A stretch of DNA of 55,620 nt, counting the filler, from Sphacelaria rigidula (taxonomy: Eukaryota): NCBI GenBank assembly GCA_964200075.2. It is 5 parts of 5 records of this genome, joined end to end, with 100 filler letters (N's around TTAATTAATTAA, not from the genome) between each part and the next. Parts side by side here need not be neighbours in the genome. Positions count along the whole stretch, not along the records: positions 22,291 to 33,334 come from CAXNAA020005482.1; positions 33,435 to 44,477 come from CAXNAA020005483.1; 3 more parts are not named here. One strand, written 5' to 3'. Numbering within the stretch: the stretch's first letter is position 1; every line of letters starts with the position of its first letter. Made by a program: the position numbers and the translations under genes. The notes beneath the pieces were generated by a model. The model searched no databases. It was not told the origin of the DNA and saw only the letters and a program-made list of their open reading frames with translations. Positions 24,131 through 37,434 of the stretch are shown piece by piece.

Positions 24131-25380
24131 TTCTCTGATTTTTGCTGCTCCTGACCACGGGCTGGATTGTTGCAATCAGCTAATGTGAGATAATCAATCA
24201 ATAAATCAATCAATCAATCAATCTGTCTGAGGGTCAAGAACTCTTTCAACATGAAAAATTCGAGCTCTAAGAGAGCAGGGCGAACAAGGATCGTCATGGT
24301 TTACCTCGTTCACGGACGTACCAGTATAATAGGTACATGCAGCGAGGACATCGAAACCCCGTCTAGGTGCCCTGATTTCCACCTTGGCAGGCGGGTGCAG
24401 AGAGTCATCATGAAATTATTTCGCACGACAACCATAGCGGCGGTTTCTCCCTAAATACAAGTACAACAACAACAGGAGTAGTAGTACAGTAGTACAGATT
24501 CAAGGTACATTCCCACAAAATACGCACCAGGAAATTTATTCTACTGCGCTTATTAAAATGCACAATTATGTATGCAAGTGTTATTGAACTGTTGTTGACG
24601 TTCGTGTGTGGTCCATAATACAGGAGAGGTGAGGGATATTGGACGCACATTATCGTACTTCACCGTTTATTAGGAACTTTTTTTTAAGCACCCCAGCGAT
24701 TCCGTTAATAATCAACATGAGGCGAGCGCACATTATGCAGGGCAGTGGGCATAAGAAATAAGAAGTGCATGCAGTCATGGACAGGCACGGGCGAACGATG
24801 ATGATGGTGATGCGAATAACATAGGAAATATTTTTTATTGCCCAAAAGAAAGTATAGATGATGTAATGTCCTCGAACCGAAACGCATTATCTAGATTCAT
24901 CTTCTACAGATACATGTTTAATAAGATGAATATATTGATTAATTCGATTGTGATCGGGTGATAAGATCATATTTCATTATAGTGGAATATGAGCATTTTC
25001 GTAGAAACTGCGCTGTACTAGGTGGCAGTGTAGCAGCTGATGATGTCTGTTCTGTCGGTGGTGGATGGTCGATAGGATACTTTGGGCTGCACTCGGACCA
25101 ATCAAAACCTCGAAACATTTTGTCGGAGTTTTCCCGCAGGGAATAAATTAAAAAAAGTCATCGATTTTAATTATTTCTGTCTCTCGATATTCCGGACTCC
25201 CCACCTCGTCTGCTAGCAGACACACCCGTTCACGTACATTTTTTTTTATCTCGTGTTGCACACCCCAACCAGAAACCGGCTTCACCTCCCCTGGACATAA
25301 CCACCTGCTGCGTGTGCTTGACCAAGAGGCGTGCTGCAAGTGGAGACCGGGCAGTAATCGACGAGTGTGGCTGGATAGCA

Positions 25381-25471
25381 ATGATGCGACAAGTGTGGAC
25401 GTTGGTGGTGCTGCTGGCGTTCATTGCGACGGCTAACTTTGCCCGGGCGTCGTCCCAATGCTCCGTACTCG
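25381..25471 (+). CDS. Exon 1 of secreted Cys-rich/F5-8C-like protein: signal peptide MMRQVWTLVVLLAFIATANFARA-SSQCSVL(G)
   Basis: ATG, basic N-region, hydrophobic core and an A-R-A cleavage motif, then a G|GTGAG donor in phase 1. Confidence 0.8.
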
Positions 25472-27455
25472 GTGAGCAGCATGTGGACTAGCAGTGCATT
25501 TTTTATTCTCACGAAGAGTCACAAGAAGCGTGATATGACGATGATTGAGGCGTGAGAGAACCAGGAGACGGTAGTTATCGCATTATGCCCTCCCTCATGG
25601 ATACCGCCTGTTTGTCATCTGAGCTCTGATCATCATCCCACTTCGTGCAGTGCGAGAGCTTCATGCGAAAGTGGGGTGCCTTAGCCGCGGCGTGCGTGAT
25701 CGATCAGTGTTTCGCAGTGTTCGTGTACGCTTCACCATTCCAAAATGCGAAATATAATCAAGGACAAAGTATCTCCGCGTGGGTACTGTCTCGTTGACTC
25801 TAATCTTCTTACACTTCATGACGTTGTGGTAAGCTCGGTAAATCCACGGGCGGGACAGGACAGCCCGAGGACCCCCAGATTGCTGTCTTCTGGATCCCTT
25901 GTGAATGCTCGGCTTGTGTCAAAGAGGACTCGGCTAGCTCGATGGGAGCACAATGATTCTTGTGAATCAGGAGGAGAAGGCTGGGATGGATGATACGCCA
26001 AATCTCGTGGGACGTGACTGTTCGAAATACCACAGCGGCCCTGATGGAAGAATGACGGAGTTTTCACGAGTGGCGGTCCACCCTCCGTCATCTATTATCA
26101 GCAGCTTGATGCCATATTAATTAATTTCTCTTCTTACAACTTCTGGTTTGTTTGTGTGACCCTTCGCTATAACCTGGCCCCAACTCGCTAGGCCTCCCGA
26201 CTGCAGTACGCCTACTCCAACTTTCATCCACCAGGGGACCAATGCCGAACACTTTCAACACGAATTGCAAGCCAGTCTTCCCCTACTTTTTGTTTCAGCA
26301 CAGACCGGAGAGCCGTCGTGGCGTGCTCACAGTCGGCATACACATTACAATCCAAGCTTCCCGTAGCAAAGACTCGAAATCATAGTGTCCTTTTGTTGAT
26401 GTTTTCACTGTTGCGGTCTTGTAGAGGAGCTCGGGAGGTGATTCTGGTAACCTCGCTTTTTGTGACGGCCACATTTGTAGTCTGAAATTGCTCTCCAGTG
26501 TTTAAAATTCACACACTGGACAGCTCGATCCCCTTGGGAAGCAAATTTACGGCAAGCACATACACTACTCGAAGCTGTTTCACATGACTGAAAGGAACAC
26601 GACGGAACAAAAGGCATCGATTGCTCTACGTTTTCCGTCTCAAGCAGTGGATTGCTTCCATTCCGCGCACTTGGATTGTCGTTCTCATGTATAGGCTGAC
26701 CCAGCTTTCGACTGCATCTTCGGCCAATCTCGACATCTCGGCACGATCAAGCGATTTGTGTGCTGTCGGGAGAAACTGCGATTCTCCCCGTGGAAATTCC
26801 CGCCGTTGTGACTATCGACTTACACTACCTGATCATCTACTCCACATAAGTCGTGAACATCCCAATAATTATGTCGCGACAAACACACGTATGAAATACA
26901 GGGCGCTTCCCCGTTTTGTTGTACATGTGTGACACATGCATTGCTGTTGCACACATTGCTAGTTACCCGCAGGCCGCCAGGTGTGGGGCTCGGTGACAAC
27001 GTACTGCATGCACAGTAGCAGACTTTGAGACTCATGTGAAGAGCCCGCATAATGTTTTCGCCACCATACCCAGATGATTGATTGATATTGATTGATTTTC
27101 GGCGTATCTGAGTATAGAAGGGTGCTGATCCTCTGGTCGAATGGTGACCCCCTTGCCGCACTGTGACAAGCCAGGAGCGGCCGGCCCATATTGCTGATAC
27201 GTGAAACATTTCACGCCGCGATGTTCCGTGAAATGTGGTCGTGTGCTGAAAGTTTTCACAGTTGGATGTGTAGGCCTGCGTGTAGTGCCGAGTTCGATTA
27301 GTATCTAAATTTGTATACCGGTAATAACCTGCTTGTTTTTATGCCACAGCAAAATGTCACGAGAAATCACTGACAGTACTGACGATGCTGTGTACTCTTT
27401 GTCCACATGTGTGCCGATTCTTACGCGCGCCCGCCGTGGGGGGGGATTGGAGCAG

Positions 27456-27548
27456 GTGACGTTTGCGGGAGTGACTCGCCATGCTGTGAACAGGCACATG
27501 ATTGTTTCGCAGGGAAATGTGAGGTGGCTGTATACGTACCAGCGCACG
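27456..27548 (+). CDS. Exon 2: (G)DVCGSDSPCCEQAHDCFAGKCEVAVYVPAH(G)
   Basis: GCAG| acceptor (weak pyrimidine tract) and |GTGAGT donor; 93 nt, phase 1-1. It completes a C-x6-C-x5-CC-x5-C-x4-C motif begun in exon 1. Confidence 0.75.
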
Positions 27549-30500
27549 GTGAGTTTCATGATGTCTACTCTCATACATTGCAGTGGGTGTTGTGTACTCT
27601 GTGTTTAGTTCATGATGCAACACGATTGTACTCCGGGCTTGCACTTCGTCATTGAACCATGAAAACAGTCCATTTTTTGGACACAAGTGGGAGAGAGGGG
27701 TGTCGGCCCGATTCCTGGACCAGCCAAGAGTTGTTGCCCCCTTACAGCTAATCATAGTGTGGCGGGCGCATCCGTAATTCTAGCAGAGGGGTTTGGAGCG
27801 GGCAGATCAACAAGGAATCGTATATTCCGATAGATATGCCGAAGGTGCGTGTTTTGCGGGCTCGTCTGCTGCGATGATGTGTTCTGTCTGCACTGTTGGT
27901 CTATTGCACGGAGTGTTTTTTCTTCTCTTGTCAGGCTCGTGACCCCAGTGTATCGGGCCACATCTATCTGTTCACATCTTTGTCGATGACCAGTTATCTA
28001 CGGTCCCACAACGAAGGTACTGTGTCGTGGATGGCCACAAACCGTGCTTGGACTGCGTTTGTGAAAGGGTATTGCTCGCAGTACGGACGTTCCGTGGGTT
28101 GGCTTCATGGGATATTTTTACTCGGCTATTTGGCGCACGAGTACCCGAGCTCGACAGTCTCAACAGAAGGCAGAGCTACTGCAGCCCTTGGGATCTCAAA
28201 ATGTCCGTCGACCGTTCATGCCTGTTGACTAACTTCGTGCAAATCGAATGGAATATTGTACGGGTTCCGGCGATTGTAAAGGTTTTTTTAGATTAGATCT
28301 GCGGGCCCAACGAAACGGTTGTACGAATTGTTGCACTAGAACTTGGTGACCAGGGGCGAGAGAAGATAGTGTTTTATCGTTCCCTTTCACCGTTTCCTTC
28401 TGTTGAGAAATGAGTCTGTGAGAGGACCGCCGTCCGGCAGGGAGGGTACCGTAGTACCGTATATGGCGTCACAGCTTGTTGATGGGAGAAGAAATCAAAC
28501 CGGGTGGACGGTACTACTGAATTTTGTTCTCGGGGGTCCTCCGCTCATTCAGTGCCGTGTATGAAAGCACAGCAGTCGGTTAAACCGGTGACTTGGGGCT
28601 GACGTTGGTAGGGGTTTGTCATGCAAATCTCTATCGTGTCGGTTGTTGCTGACCCGTAGGTTGCAAACCGCCAGGCGTAGCAAGCAAGACTTCTCCGGAT
28701 AATGTCCGTCCCTGAAGCCGCTCTGTTGTGGAGTGAATGCCCGCTACGCTATGGTGCAGACTTAACTGAGGCAGAAGTTCCCATCAAACCAAGAGCGCCC
28801 AGCATATTTTGATCCCTCGTTATTAATCCCTTTGACAGCTAACCCTCAGAGCGGCAATTACTGGTCAATGTTGAACGTGACGAACAAACTCCCATTTTCG
28901 AGACGATGACTGATCATTACCCTAAGTGGCCGGTCTGCCCGATACATTCCCTGAAACAACGATGAAACGGCAAAGACAAGCGTAGTTTTTAGAGAGGAGG
29001 GTTTCCATATTTTTCGAACTCCCCCTCTCTAGAAACGACCCCTGATTGGTCGCTGCGATACCCCCCTCCCCCCTCCCCGCAAAACGTGCACAGAAATATC
29101 CGCTTTTGAGGTGATGTCGGGAAGTGCAAAAAAACTTGATGAAATCCCTTTTTTTGGGGTGCTCATGAGCGACTGCAGGCCCGCGGCCCATTCCTTCCGT
29201 GACAGGCCTCCGTATCATCATGTCAATTGAGACATGGTGGGCGAACGCAAGTGAACGCTCTGCCCATGCCTTGTCCATTTTCAGTCTTGACCGATGTCAA
29301 ACGCAAGTCGTGCATGCCCGATTACTTTTCCTCATTTTATGAAAAGTAATGGTGAAATCGATATCATCAACTTGAAAAATTTAGTCATCAGTCCATCCTC
29401 TGGCAACGTACGACAATCACGGGTTGCCCGGCGGGCGACGTGTGCACGTTGCGATACCATGGAGATACGCATCAGTTGTTTTACCCGTCAAAGTTACCTT
29501 TCACAACGTTAAGGCCCCACAGCACCGGGAGGTATCGATTGAAGATGTACTCATCTCTCAAAAAATCTATCGGGAAACTTGAAAATCACTGGAACATGAC
29601 CGTATTTGGTGGCTTTGTGATACTTTGAACTGTTTGCATGCTCGGTCGGCATGTGAAGGGACGGTCATTTCATCCCGTCTGTCGTCAGACGTGATCAGTA
29701 GAGCCGATCGCATCCCCTTCACCGCGACAATAGTTTATTCATATGTCGAAGCTGATTCTTCATGTGAAGGTGATGCCCATTCAACCGAGATGACGCGTGG
29801 TCGAATTAAATGTCGGATTTTCTCTTGAAGACAGTCCATCCGCTCTTCTTTTCTCCACCTGTATATCGGGGAGAAGGAGCGAATGGCATGTTCCTTAGAC
29901 CTATCCATGCCATATCACAGCTTCACGTCAACAGCCCAAGCGGCCAACAACGTGATCACCCCGGAGGAACGCAAAATTGTATCTTCTGTACATCCAGTGG
30001 AGTCATGATGTGCGACACACAGGGTCCCAATGATGTGCTCGCTTCATACCGGGAATGAGTCGCGGTGCGAATTATCGGATGGTGCTTTTTTTTTTTTTCA
30101 CATCAGCAAATAACGAAAGAGAACTCGAATAAAAAACTCATGTTTTATAGGTTGTCCACATCGAGTGAAGGAGGAAGGAAATCCGAAGACGTGCGTTAAA
30201 AAACGCCGCACACAGAGAAGGAAAGCACTTTTTGAATCACCGTCAACCCTTCATGAAGTGAAACCCTCTTCCATTTTTAGGTGGATGTAGTTTGGGTCCT
30301 CTGTTCATGCTAACCGTTCGGTCGGTGGATATGATGCCACGTCAACGGATGATCCAAACTGGCGTTCAACGGGTCGAGAACGACGCTTATCTGCGGGTCA
30401 AGAGTGATGAACGCCGTCAGTAGGACACTTGTTGACGGGTGCAACGGGCATCCGTATCTGCAGCAGGCTCACTCGGTCTCCGGAAACATGGAATTTGTCC

Positions 30501-31179
30501 AGGAGGTGGTGGGTTGTGCGTCTCATTACCCACTGAAAACACAAGTAAATGAGAAAAAATGATTCGCGTCTTACTACTGCGCTGCTTTCCGAAATACTTA
30601 TGGACGCCGACTCGCCTACCATCCAGGCTTGATGCGGTGTTATCTCCCGTCACCCTCTGATAATGAAGAAAACAAGTATTATGCCGGATATGCAGTGGAA
30701 GCCCTACACGTCCTCACATACGAGCCGCGCATGTTTCTTGTTCATGGACACAGTGAAAAATGCATGTGCAATATTAAATATGCAGTGTCGGGTGCTGTCA
30801 AGTAAAATTCCCGCGCCTGGAAGTCTTGAACGTGTGATGGACATTCCGGTATCGTACTCTACGCAGATCGCCGAGTAGTCATGCATCGGCAGTCAGCGAT
30901 GCCGTCGACGAAGATGTGCTTTCACCCGGCGGTCATGGGGTCAGTCGCGCAACATTTTCCAAAATGAGGGGCGACTTTGACGTGGCCGTCAAGAAAAACT
31001 ATTCACACGACACGACTCGTCTCATCATGGTTCCACGAGACGGATATCAAGAATAAGTTGAAGTGGAGCTAACGTGGACGCCGAGAATCGTAACCCGGAG
31101 CGTATCTCAGCCTTCATGTGCCGAGCTCTCCAGTGACTGTTGTTGATCCACGCCCGTCGTGTCATTCCCCCATGCGAAG

Positions 31180-31281
31180 GTGAACCTTGCGATGAAAATT
31201 GCGAGAAGGCCTGCTCCAGCCGGGGGGAATCTTGCGTGAGGGGGAGATGTATGGGACCCAGCGAGGATTGTTCCAGTGAAG
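31180..31281 (+). CDS. Exon 3: (G)EPCDENCEKACSSRGESCVRGRCMGPSEDCSSE(G)
   Basis: AAG| acceptor and |GTGAGC donor; 102 nt, phase 1-1; Cys-rich. Confidence 0.75.
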
Positions 31282-31804
31282 GTGAGCCATCGTCACATCA
31301 TTCGAAGATGTTATTTCGCACACGTCGGACAGCCCATTAGCTACCCAACCAAGAGCTGATTTGACCCCTTTACCCCATATTTTGCTTCTTGCGGCGCTGG
31401 GCACCAGACACGCGAAGTAGTGCAAAGGTGGCGGTTGAACCCCGCTGTCACGTATTTCATGCTCTTGGACAAAAAGTATTCGAATCCTCTTCAATCAGTT
31501 GTTGTGCTGTTTTGCTCTGGTCGGTATACGTTTTCTCGTTTGATTCGTGATGGAGCTCGGCAAAATGCGCACGTTTTAACAACACTTCGGGGTTTCATGG
31601 AAGGGGAGGGGGGGGGGATGGGGCAATATATTCAATCGCTGGTTCTTGTCGTGGGCACATCTCGCTAAAAAGATTTTTTTCGGATGACTTTCGTCGAATT
31701 GAAAGACAACCGCCTATACCGTTTCTCCTGACCTTTTCTGGCATGAACATGCCCATTATCTAAGTATACACTATCGGATGACTTATGGGTCTTCTCCTTT
31801 GCAG

Positions 31805-31933
31805 GGGAAGAGTGCAATGTGGAAAAGGGCTGCTGTGACCCCAGCCACGACTGCGTTCCAATATCCGATGCGCCGTTGCCTCCCATCTGGGAGCGCGCCG
31901 GCGTGTGTCAAAAGTCCAAGGCTGCCGCCACCG
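31805..31933 (+). CDS. Exon 4: (G)EECNVEKGCCDPSHDCVPISDAPLPPIWERAGVCQKSKAAAT(G)
   Basis: CTTCTCCTTTGCAG| acceptor and |GTGAG donor; 129 nt, phase 1-1; absent from the ORF track. Confidence 0.8.
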
Positions 31934-32885
31934 GTGAGAGTGATCCCATGATTTGATTCCGTTTAGAGAAGATGGAGCACGACAGTACAAGCATGAGGTT
32001 CTACAGGGTTCATGGCCTTCCGACTGAAATCTGTTGATCTTGGTGGGCAACATGCATGGTATGTGCCCGAGGTGGTGCGTGTTTGTAGTATTCAGAGCAC
32101 GACATGAAAGGCACCACGAATATCCTCCGGAGAGGGTAGTCGTGCAGTTGGGTGTTTGAAGATGTGCTGTAGCGCAGGCAAGTTCAGCTGGTATTTATAA
32201 GAGCCTTGTCTGCGGTCGAGTTCCTGTCCGCTTTACCTTATCCCAGAAGTACAGTACTGTATTTGATGAACCAAACCGACCGAACCGCGCCATGAGTGCG
32301 AATACGGCTGAAGGCCCGTAGTGCACGCAAAATGTCGAGCATCCCGTAAGACGTTGCTGACTTTTGCTATTTTTGTTGAATTTGATCCACAATGATATGA
32401 ATATGGAAGGCGTGACCACGCCACACGTAGGTCGAATTTGAATCCATCAAGTCCTCTTTTTATTTTTATTTCAAACTGGTGTACATATGTGTGATCTTGT
32501 CATGTTTCCCTTTTTTTTGTACGAGGCATATAACCCATGAATACGGATAATTGATAACCAAACATCGCCCTCATACACGAGTGATCGATTGCAAATATCT
32601 AACGTACACTCGGGAGCACCGATTGCAGTTAAACAACTTGCACTTTGAACGGGAAATGCGAAGCATTCGCTCATTATATCTACTGTCCACAACGTTTGTA
32701 CTTCATGTTGCAGTTGTGTTTCATGAATTTTGGCTTACATGTGTCGCTGGCACATAATCGACTGGAAAACGTTTCTGACGCTGCGGTGTGCCATCGGTCA
32801 AGAGCCCGATCTTTTCGGCATCATTCGCGCGTTTTGTCGCTAACCTTACTCATTTATGTTTCTCGTCGTCCTGTGATGCCTGCAG

Positions 32886-33238
32886 GTGATCGGTGCAATA
32901 ACGATACGCCTTGCCGCTTCCGATTCGACACATGCATCGACGGGGTCTGCCAAGTCAGTCCCGCCGGACTTGTAGACGTGTCACAGCTTACCGGGGTAGC
33001 GGTCACTGCGACAGCGTTCGATCCTCGCCCAGAGGCGGAGGGAGGGTGCGGTAAGAAACTTGGATGTGCCGCGGGGCGCACTCGCGATGGAAAGCAAAAG
33101 GCGACGTCTCGTTGGTCTTGCAGCGAGAAGCTGGGCAAGGGGAAGTGCGCCCTGGTATTCCAGTTCGAGACGCCGCAGGACGTGCACAGCTTGAGGATGT
33201 CGTTCCACGAGGGCGACAGGAATTCGCACAACATTAAG
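32886..33238 (+). CDS. Exon 5: 4-Cys module plus N-terminal part of an F5/8 type C (CBM32/discoidin)-like domain; the gene continues beyond the contig end
   Basis: CCTGCAG| acceptor and AAG|GTAC donor. ATAFDPR..GGC..GC..RTRDG..SRWSC..C.LVFQFETPQDVHSLRMSFHEGDR resembles the SRWS..(I/L)xF..V..xxIxFxxGDxR pattern of CBM32-like domains (recalled, not searched). Confidence 0.75.
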
Positions 33239-33250
33239 GTACCTCCCCCC

Positions 33251-33282
<32 letters not shown>

Positions 33283-33334
33283 TAGTATTTTTTTTGAGAG
33301 GGTCGTGGTTTGTAAGAGTGTTTATTTTTGTGTG

Positions 33335-33434
33335 NNNNNNNNNNNNNNNNNNNNNNNNNNNNNNNNNNNNNNNNNNNNTTAATTAATTAANNNNNNNNNN
33401 NNNNNNNNNNNNNNNNNNNNNNNNNNNNNNNNNN
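33335..33434. other. Artificial contig spacer
   Basis: N44-TTAATTAATTAA-N44. Confidence 0.98.
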
Positions 33435-33482
33435 CCCCCCCCCCCCGGGCGGGCGCGGCACCGCCCTCCCCGCCGGGCTTGT

Positions 33483-33514
<32 letters not shown>

Positions 33515-34487
33515 GACTATCGTAGGAAGTGTCCGGTGCGGTTCGTCTCGGCGAAGAAGTATGTCGTAGTCGCATCCGGCGATGGCTTTGTCGACTTCAG
33601 GCATCGTACTGTGTGGTGCGATGTCTGCTGCGCAATAGCTCTTGTTAGATCCTGAGCTGTGTGACTTTTTCATGTGACTCATGATTCGTGAGCACCAGAC
33701 TTGGGGAGGGGGTGTTCAAAGTCCGCTTTATACACGGTAGCGAGACTGTGCTGCTCTTGTCATGTCGGAACTGGTGCACGAATAGCGAGACTTTCCCTCC
33801 AATTTATCAAAACCGTTACCGATCGGACAAACAATGCGTATCTTGACCCTCTGCCACGGTGATTCGGGTGAAAAGACGGCGAAGCACGTAATAGCACCTT
33901 CGAATGACGCGCCCCCGCCACGTTTGAAGATTCCGGTACACTGCCGCGACCGTTCGCGCTTCCAGTTGAATCTTGCACGCCTTTGGGTTTCGTTTTTTGG
34001 ACCAAAGGGCGACTCTTCGCTGCCAGACGTCGCAATACCTTGCTGCAATCTTGAACACTGAAGGAGTTCATTCCGAGGGGGCGTTATGTGCGTTACCTTT
34101 TGCTGCACGCCACAAATGGCGGTGAAGGGCCAAATCTGCATCTCTGATCGAATAGCACTTATCCCAGAGCTCGGAAATGGTATGTCCAACCATTGACCAG
34201 TTTGAATGGTTACGCGCAGCGCTCTCATCAACCACTTAAATGGCACATAATGGTTTGGTCATCGAGCGGTGCAGCCGCGAGCCTAAAAGCCCCCCCCCCG
34301 GCAGAGTGGACCCCGTCGGAGGGCCCCGTTGGAGTCGCCGTGCCGGAGGCACGTTTTAACGCGATTCAGTTTCACTAGAGCTGAACTATACGGTAAATTT
34401 GGGCCAATTTTCAAGGGCTGTATGCAGCATACGTAGCCGGTAACGGTAAATAATGGTTTGAACCCATTATCCGTTTTTTTTATACAC

Positions 34488-34520
34488 CCATTACCATTAT
34501 TACCATTATTACCATTATTA
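34488..34520 (+). repeat. (ACCATTATT)n short tandem repeat
   Basis: CCCATTACCATTATTACCATTATTACCATTATTA. Confidence 0.75.
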
Positions 34521-36060
34521 TGCTAATGGCCAGTTGTAACTGGGACCATTTCCGAGTTCTAACTTATCCCGTTTCATGAGTAGAGCGCGTTACATTTTGG
34601 TCGTACTGGAGCGTATTTGAACGCGTTTCTTCTTTCCGTGGCTGGAACACCCCCAAACGACCTCTGCGCGGCGCACGAAAAAGCGTCGGGCGCAGATTGG
34701 TCGCGCGCCAGCCGTTCCTCAGGTCTTGAGAGTCCTTCAAAGTATGTAGATGTCGTTGAGAAAAATCATACTGTCTAGCGTTTCACAGCTGTTGCGAAAT
34801 TCGGTGCATGTTGCTACGGTGACCTCATCTCTGCAGACGGCAGTCAGTACAGTAGAGCAACGAAGGCTAGCTATGATCGGGTTTGCCTGCCGTACTACCG
34901 ACAGCGTTGCGTGAAAGCCGCAAGACCTTTACGGTCGACGGTTGATGGCGTGGGTGTCAAATGCAACGACAAGTGGTTGACCGTAGAGCACTCTCGTCCC
35001 AGCTTGTAATGTATGACCTCCTCACGTCGGAATTAATTCTGGGAAGCTACTGTACCGAGGTGTTGATGGGGAGAGTGTCTGCTCCAGATTGCAGCATGGA
35101 CTGACTCCTGTGCGCCACGCTAGCAACAGTTAGGTCACCACCATAGGTGCCTTTTTTTAGTCCACATGTCAAGAAGGTCTCTACAAGTGTTTGATCTCTC
35201 ATACACCCCCCCCCCCAACTGGCGTGTGGCACGCGCGCACACAGAGGGTCAGATGTGGGGTAAAATCAACGATGAACAACACCCCCCAAATTTTCAAACC
35301 GGATCTAGCTGTTATTGCCGCAGCGCCGTCCTTGCCGGCATGTGTGTGACAGACAACAGTAGCGGTGACGGGAACATCGCCGTGTTCTGCAGCGCACAGA
35401 GGCACGTTCTGTCCAAAAACAGAGGCAGAGAGAAATCGCCCTTTGCATTGGTGATGAGCTCCAAAGACAAGAAGAGCCGAGATCCCTCCGCACCTCGACG
35501 CTCTTTGAGGGGCTGGTAACATGCATGATGCCAGTCTCTCGAGCGATTGGTAATCGCCCAGCGAGGACACAAAGGACACGGGCGAGGAGCTTCCTCTCTG
35601 TCGTTGCTTCTCTCTCTGGTGATATCGTCGTCGACACGCGTGTGTACCTCATTCGTTCGGTGCACCTAGCAACAGCTGCTTAACTGCTGCGGACATTCGA
35701 GGCGGAAGATGGCTTCGCTTGGTTCAATTGTTAGGCGTCATCCCTGCGAAAACGATATGCCGCTTGAACCTCATGTTAGAGATCAACCCCGAAAGTCAGG
35801 ATCAGCTGTTGACTGGTGTATTTTGGGAATACCTCACCGAGCCAATCGAGTGACGGATTGATTGAAAACACTCTGAGCCGTGAGATGAATCCAATGCATA
35901 TCATACCTGTACTGGCTTTGTTTACAAGCGAAAATCTACAACCCCGGTTACCCGGGATTGATAACGTAATGCCTGAAGCCGTTTCAATGCCGGAATGTCC
36001 CTCCAGGTCCCTCACAAGGCCTTGAATCCATGCTGTCGTACAGACGGTGCATAACTATTT

Positions 36061-37434
36061 CAAGAACAGACAAACAGCTCACGGCGCTGATTACCGGTGA
36101 TTGCACTGACAGCTTCTCGCACACAAGGAGGAACGTGAAACGAAGTCTAGAGCAACACGGTGCTGAATGCTGACGTCGTGTTTGCCTTGGTCTGGAGTGA
36201 ATGCTTTCGACGCAGGTGATTGCCCGCGCAAGGCATGAATATAAATAGTACTGACAGCACCGCAGGCAGCGAGAGCAGGTCATGGGTTGAATCGCCATCC
36301 ATCGCCATCAACTTCTCATAAACAATGTATACCTGATCGAACTGGGCTACCCTTGCGGTCTGATGGTCAAGCACAGACAGTAACAACATTTATGGGTGCG
36401 CCTGGCCCCCCAAAATGGGCAGCAGAAGTGTCACCGACCCAAATCATGAACGGACACGAACATACCGACTTTTGCGGCTTGCCGGGCTCGTGGGGTATCA
36501 TTCGCCTTGCGTCATCGAAGAAGAACGACATGAATGCATAACATTTATGGAGAAAAAGTGGATTGCGTTCTAACATCGAAACTCCAAAGTGGCTGTCACT
36601 GGCACTCCAGCGTATCGCAAGCGCGGACGAAATACGACGCAGTGGCATGCAGTATATGAGGAACAACAACGGAAACCATGCCTGAAGAGAAGAAAGGATG
36701 AGCCGGGGAAATGAGAGCAAACGCAAGGCAGGAGACACTTAGACGCTGTTGGCCCCCTCTTGCGCCGTAGCACATGTCTCGTCGTCCCAACAGTCGCAGT
36801 TGCGCACGTGGCACACGAAATACCCTACTTGGATGTTGGCGAATGACGTCTATCGCTTTGGTCACACTAGGAACATGTCAGGCAACGCCGCTATCTTTAC
36901 GCAGTCGCTCCCAAGGGGTCCGCAAAACCAGGACGCCGAACCACCGGCAGCACCAAGTGCTTGTGCCCCTGCCCCAGACGAACCCTCAGATACCAACATA
37001 TTTGTAGTACGTGTGGGTTGTCTTTCGGCCATAATGCACATTTCCATTAAAAGCCGGTTGGAGAGCGGTGTTCTTGGGGCCACGCGGCAAGGAATCATAA
37101 ATAACCACGTCAAGAACAGACAGTGCACGCCGCTAATTACAAGTGGCTGCACCGACAGCCTCTCGCACACAAAAAAGGAATGTAAACGAAGTCTAGTACG
37201 GTGAATGCTGACGTCGTGTTTGTCTTGTTCTGGCGTGAAAGCTTTTGGCGCAGATGATTGCCGCTGCGAGGCATGTATATATATATATATATAAATATGT
37301 AAATGGTACAGAAATCACCGTATACCCCTACGGTGCATATATCCGCAGGCGGCGAGAGCAGGGTATGGATTGAGACGGCATCCATTTCACATGAAAAAGG
37401 TATATATGATCCAGATGGACTACCCTCGCGGTCT
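36061..37434 (+). repeat. Old direct duplication of a ~300-bp block (36061-36361 and 37111-37434), probably decayed coding sequence
   Basis: Shared CAAGAACAGACA, CTCGCACACAA, AAACGAAGTCTAG, TGAATGCTGACGTCGTGTTTG, CCGCAGGC.GCGAGAGCAGG and CTACCCT.GCGGTCT in the same order. Confidence 0.8.

Noticed and set aside
29400-31000. Possible decayed transposase within intron 2
   Set aside because: It looks coding-like in places, but I could not find a diagnostic motif or termini.
32645-33382. 245-aa ORF as a complete protein
   Set aside because: Only 32886-33238 is exon-like; the flanks read through intron sequence (poly-C/poly-T) and into the N gap.
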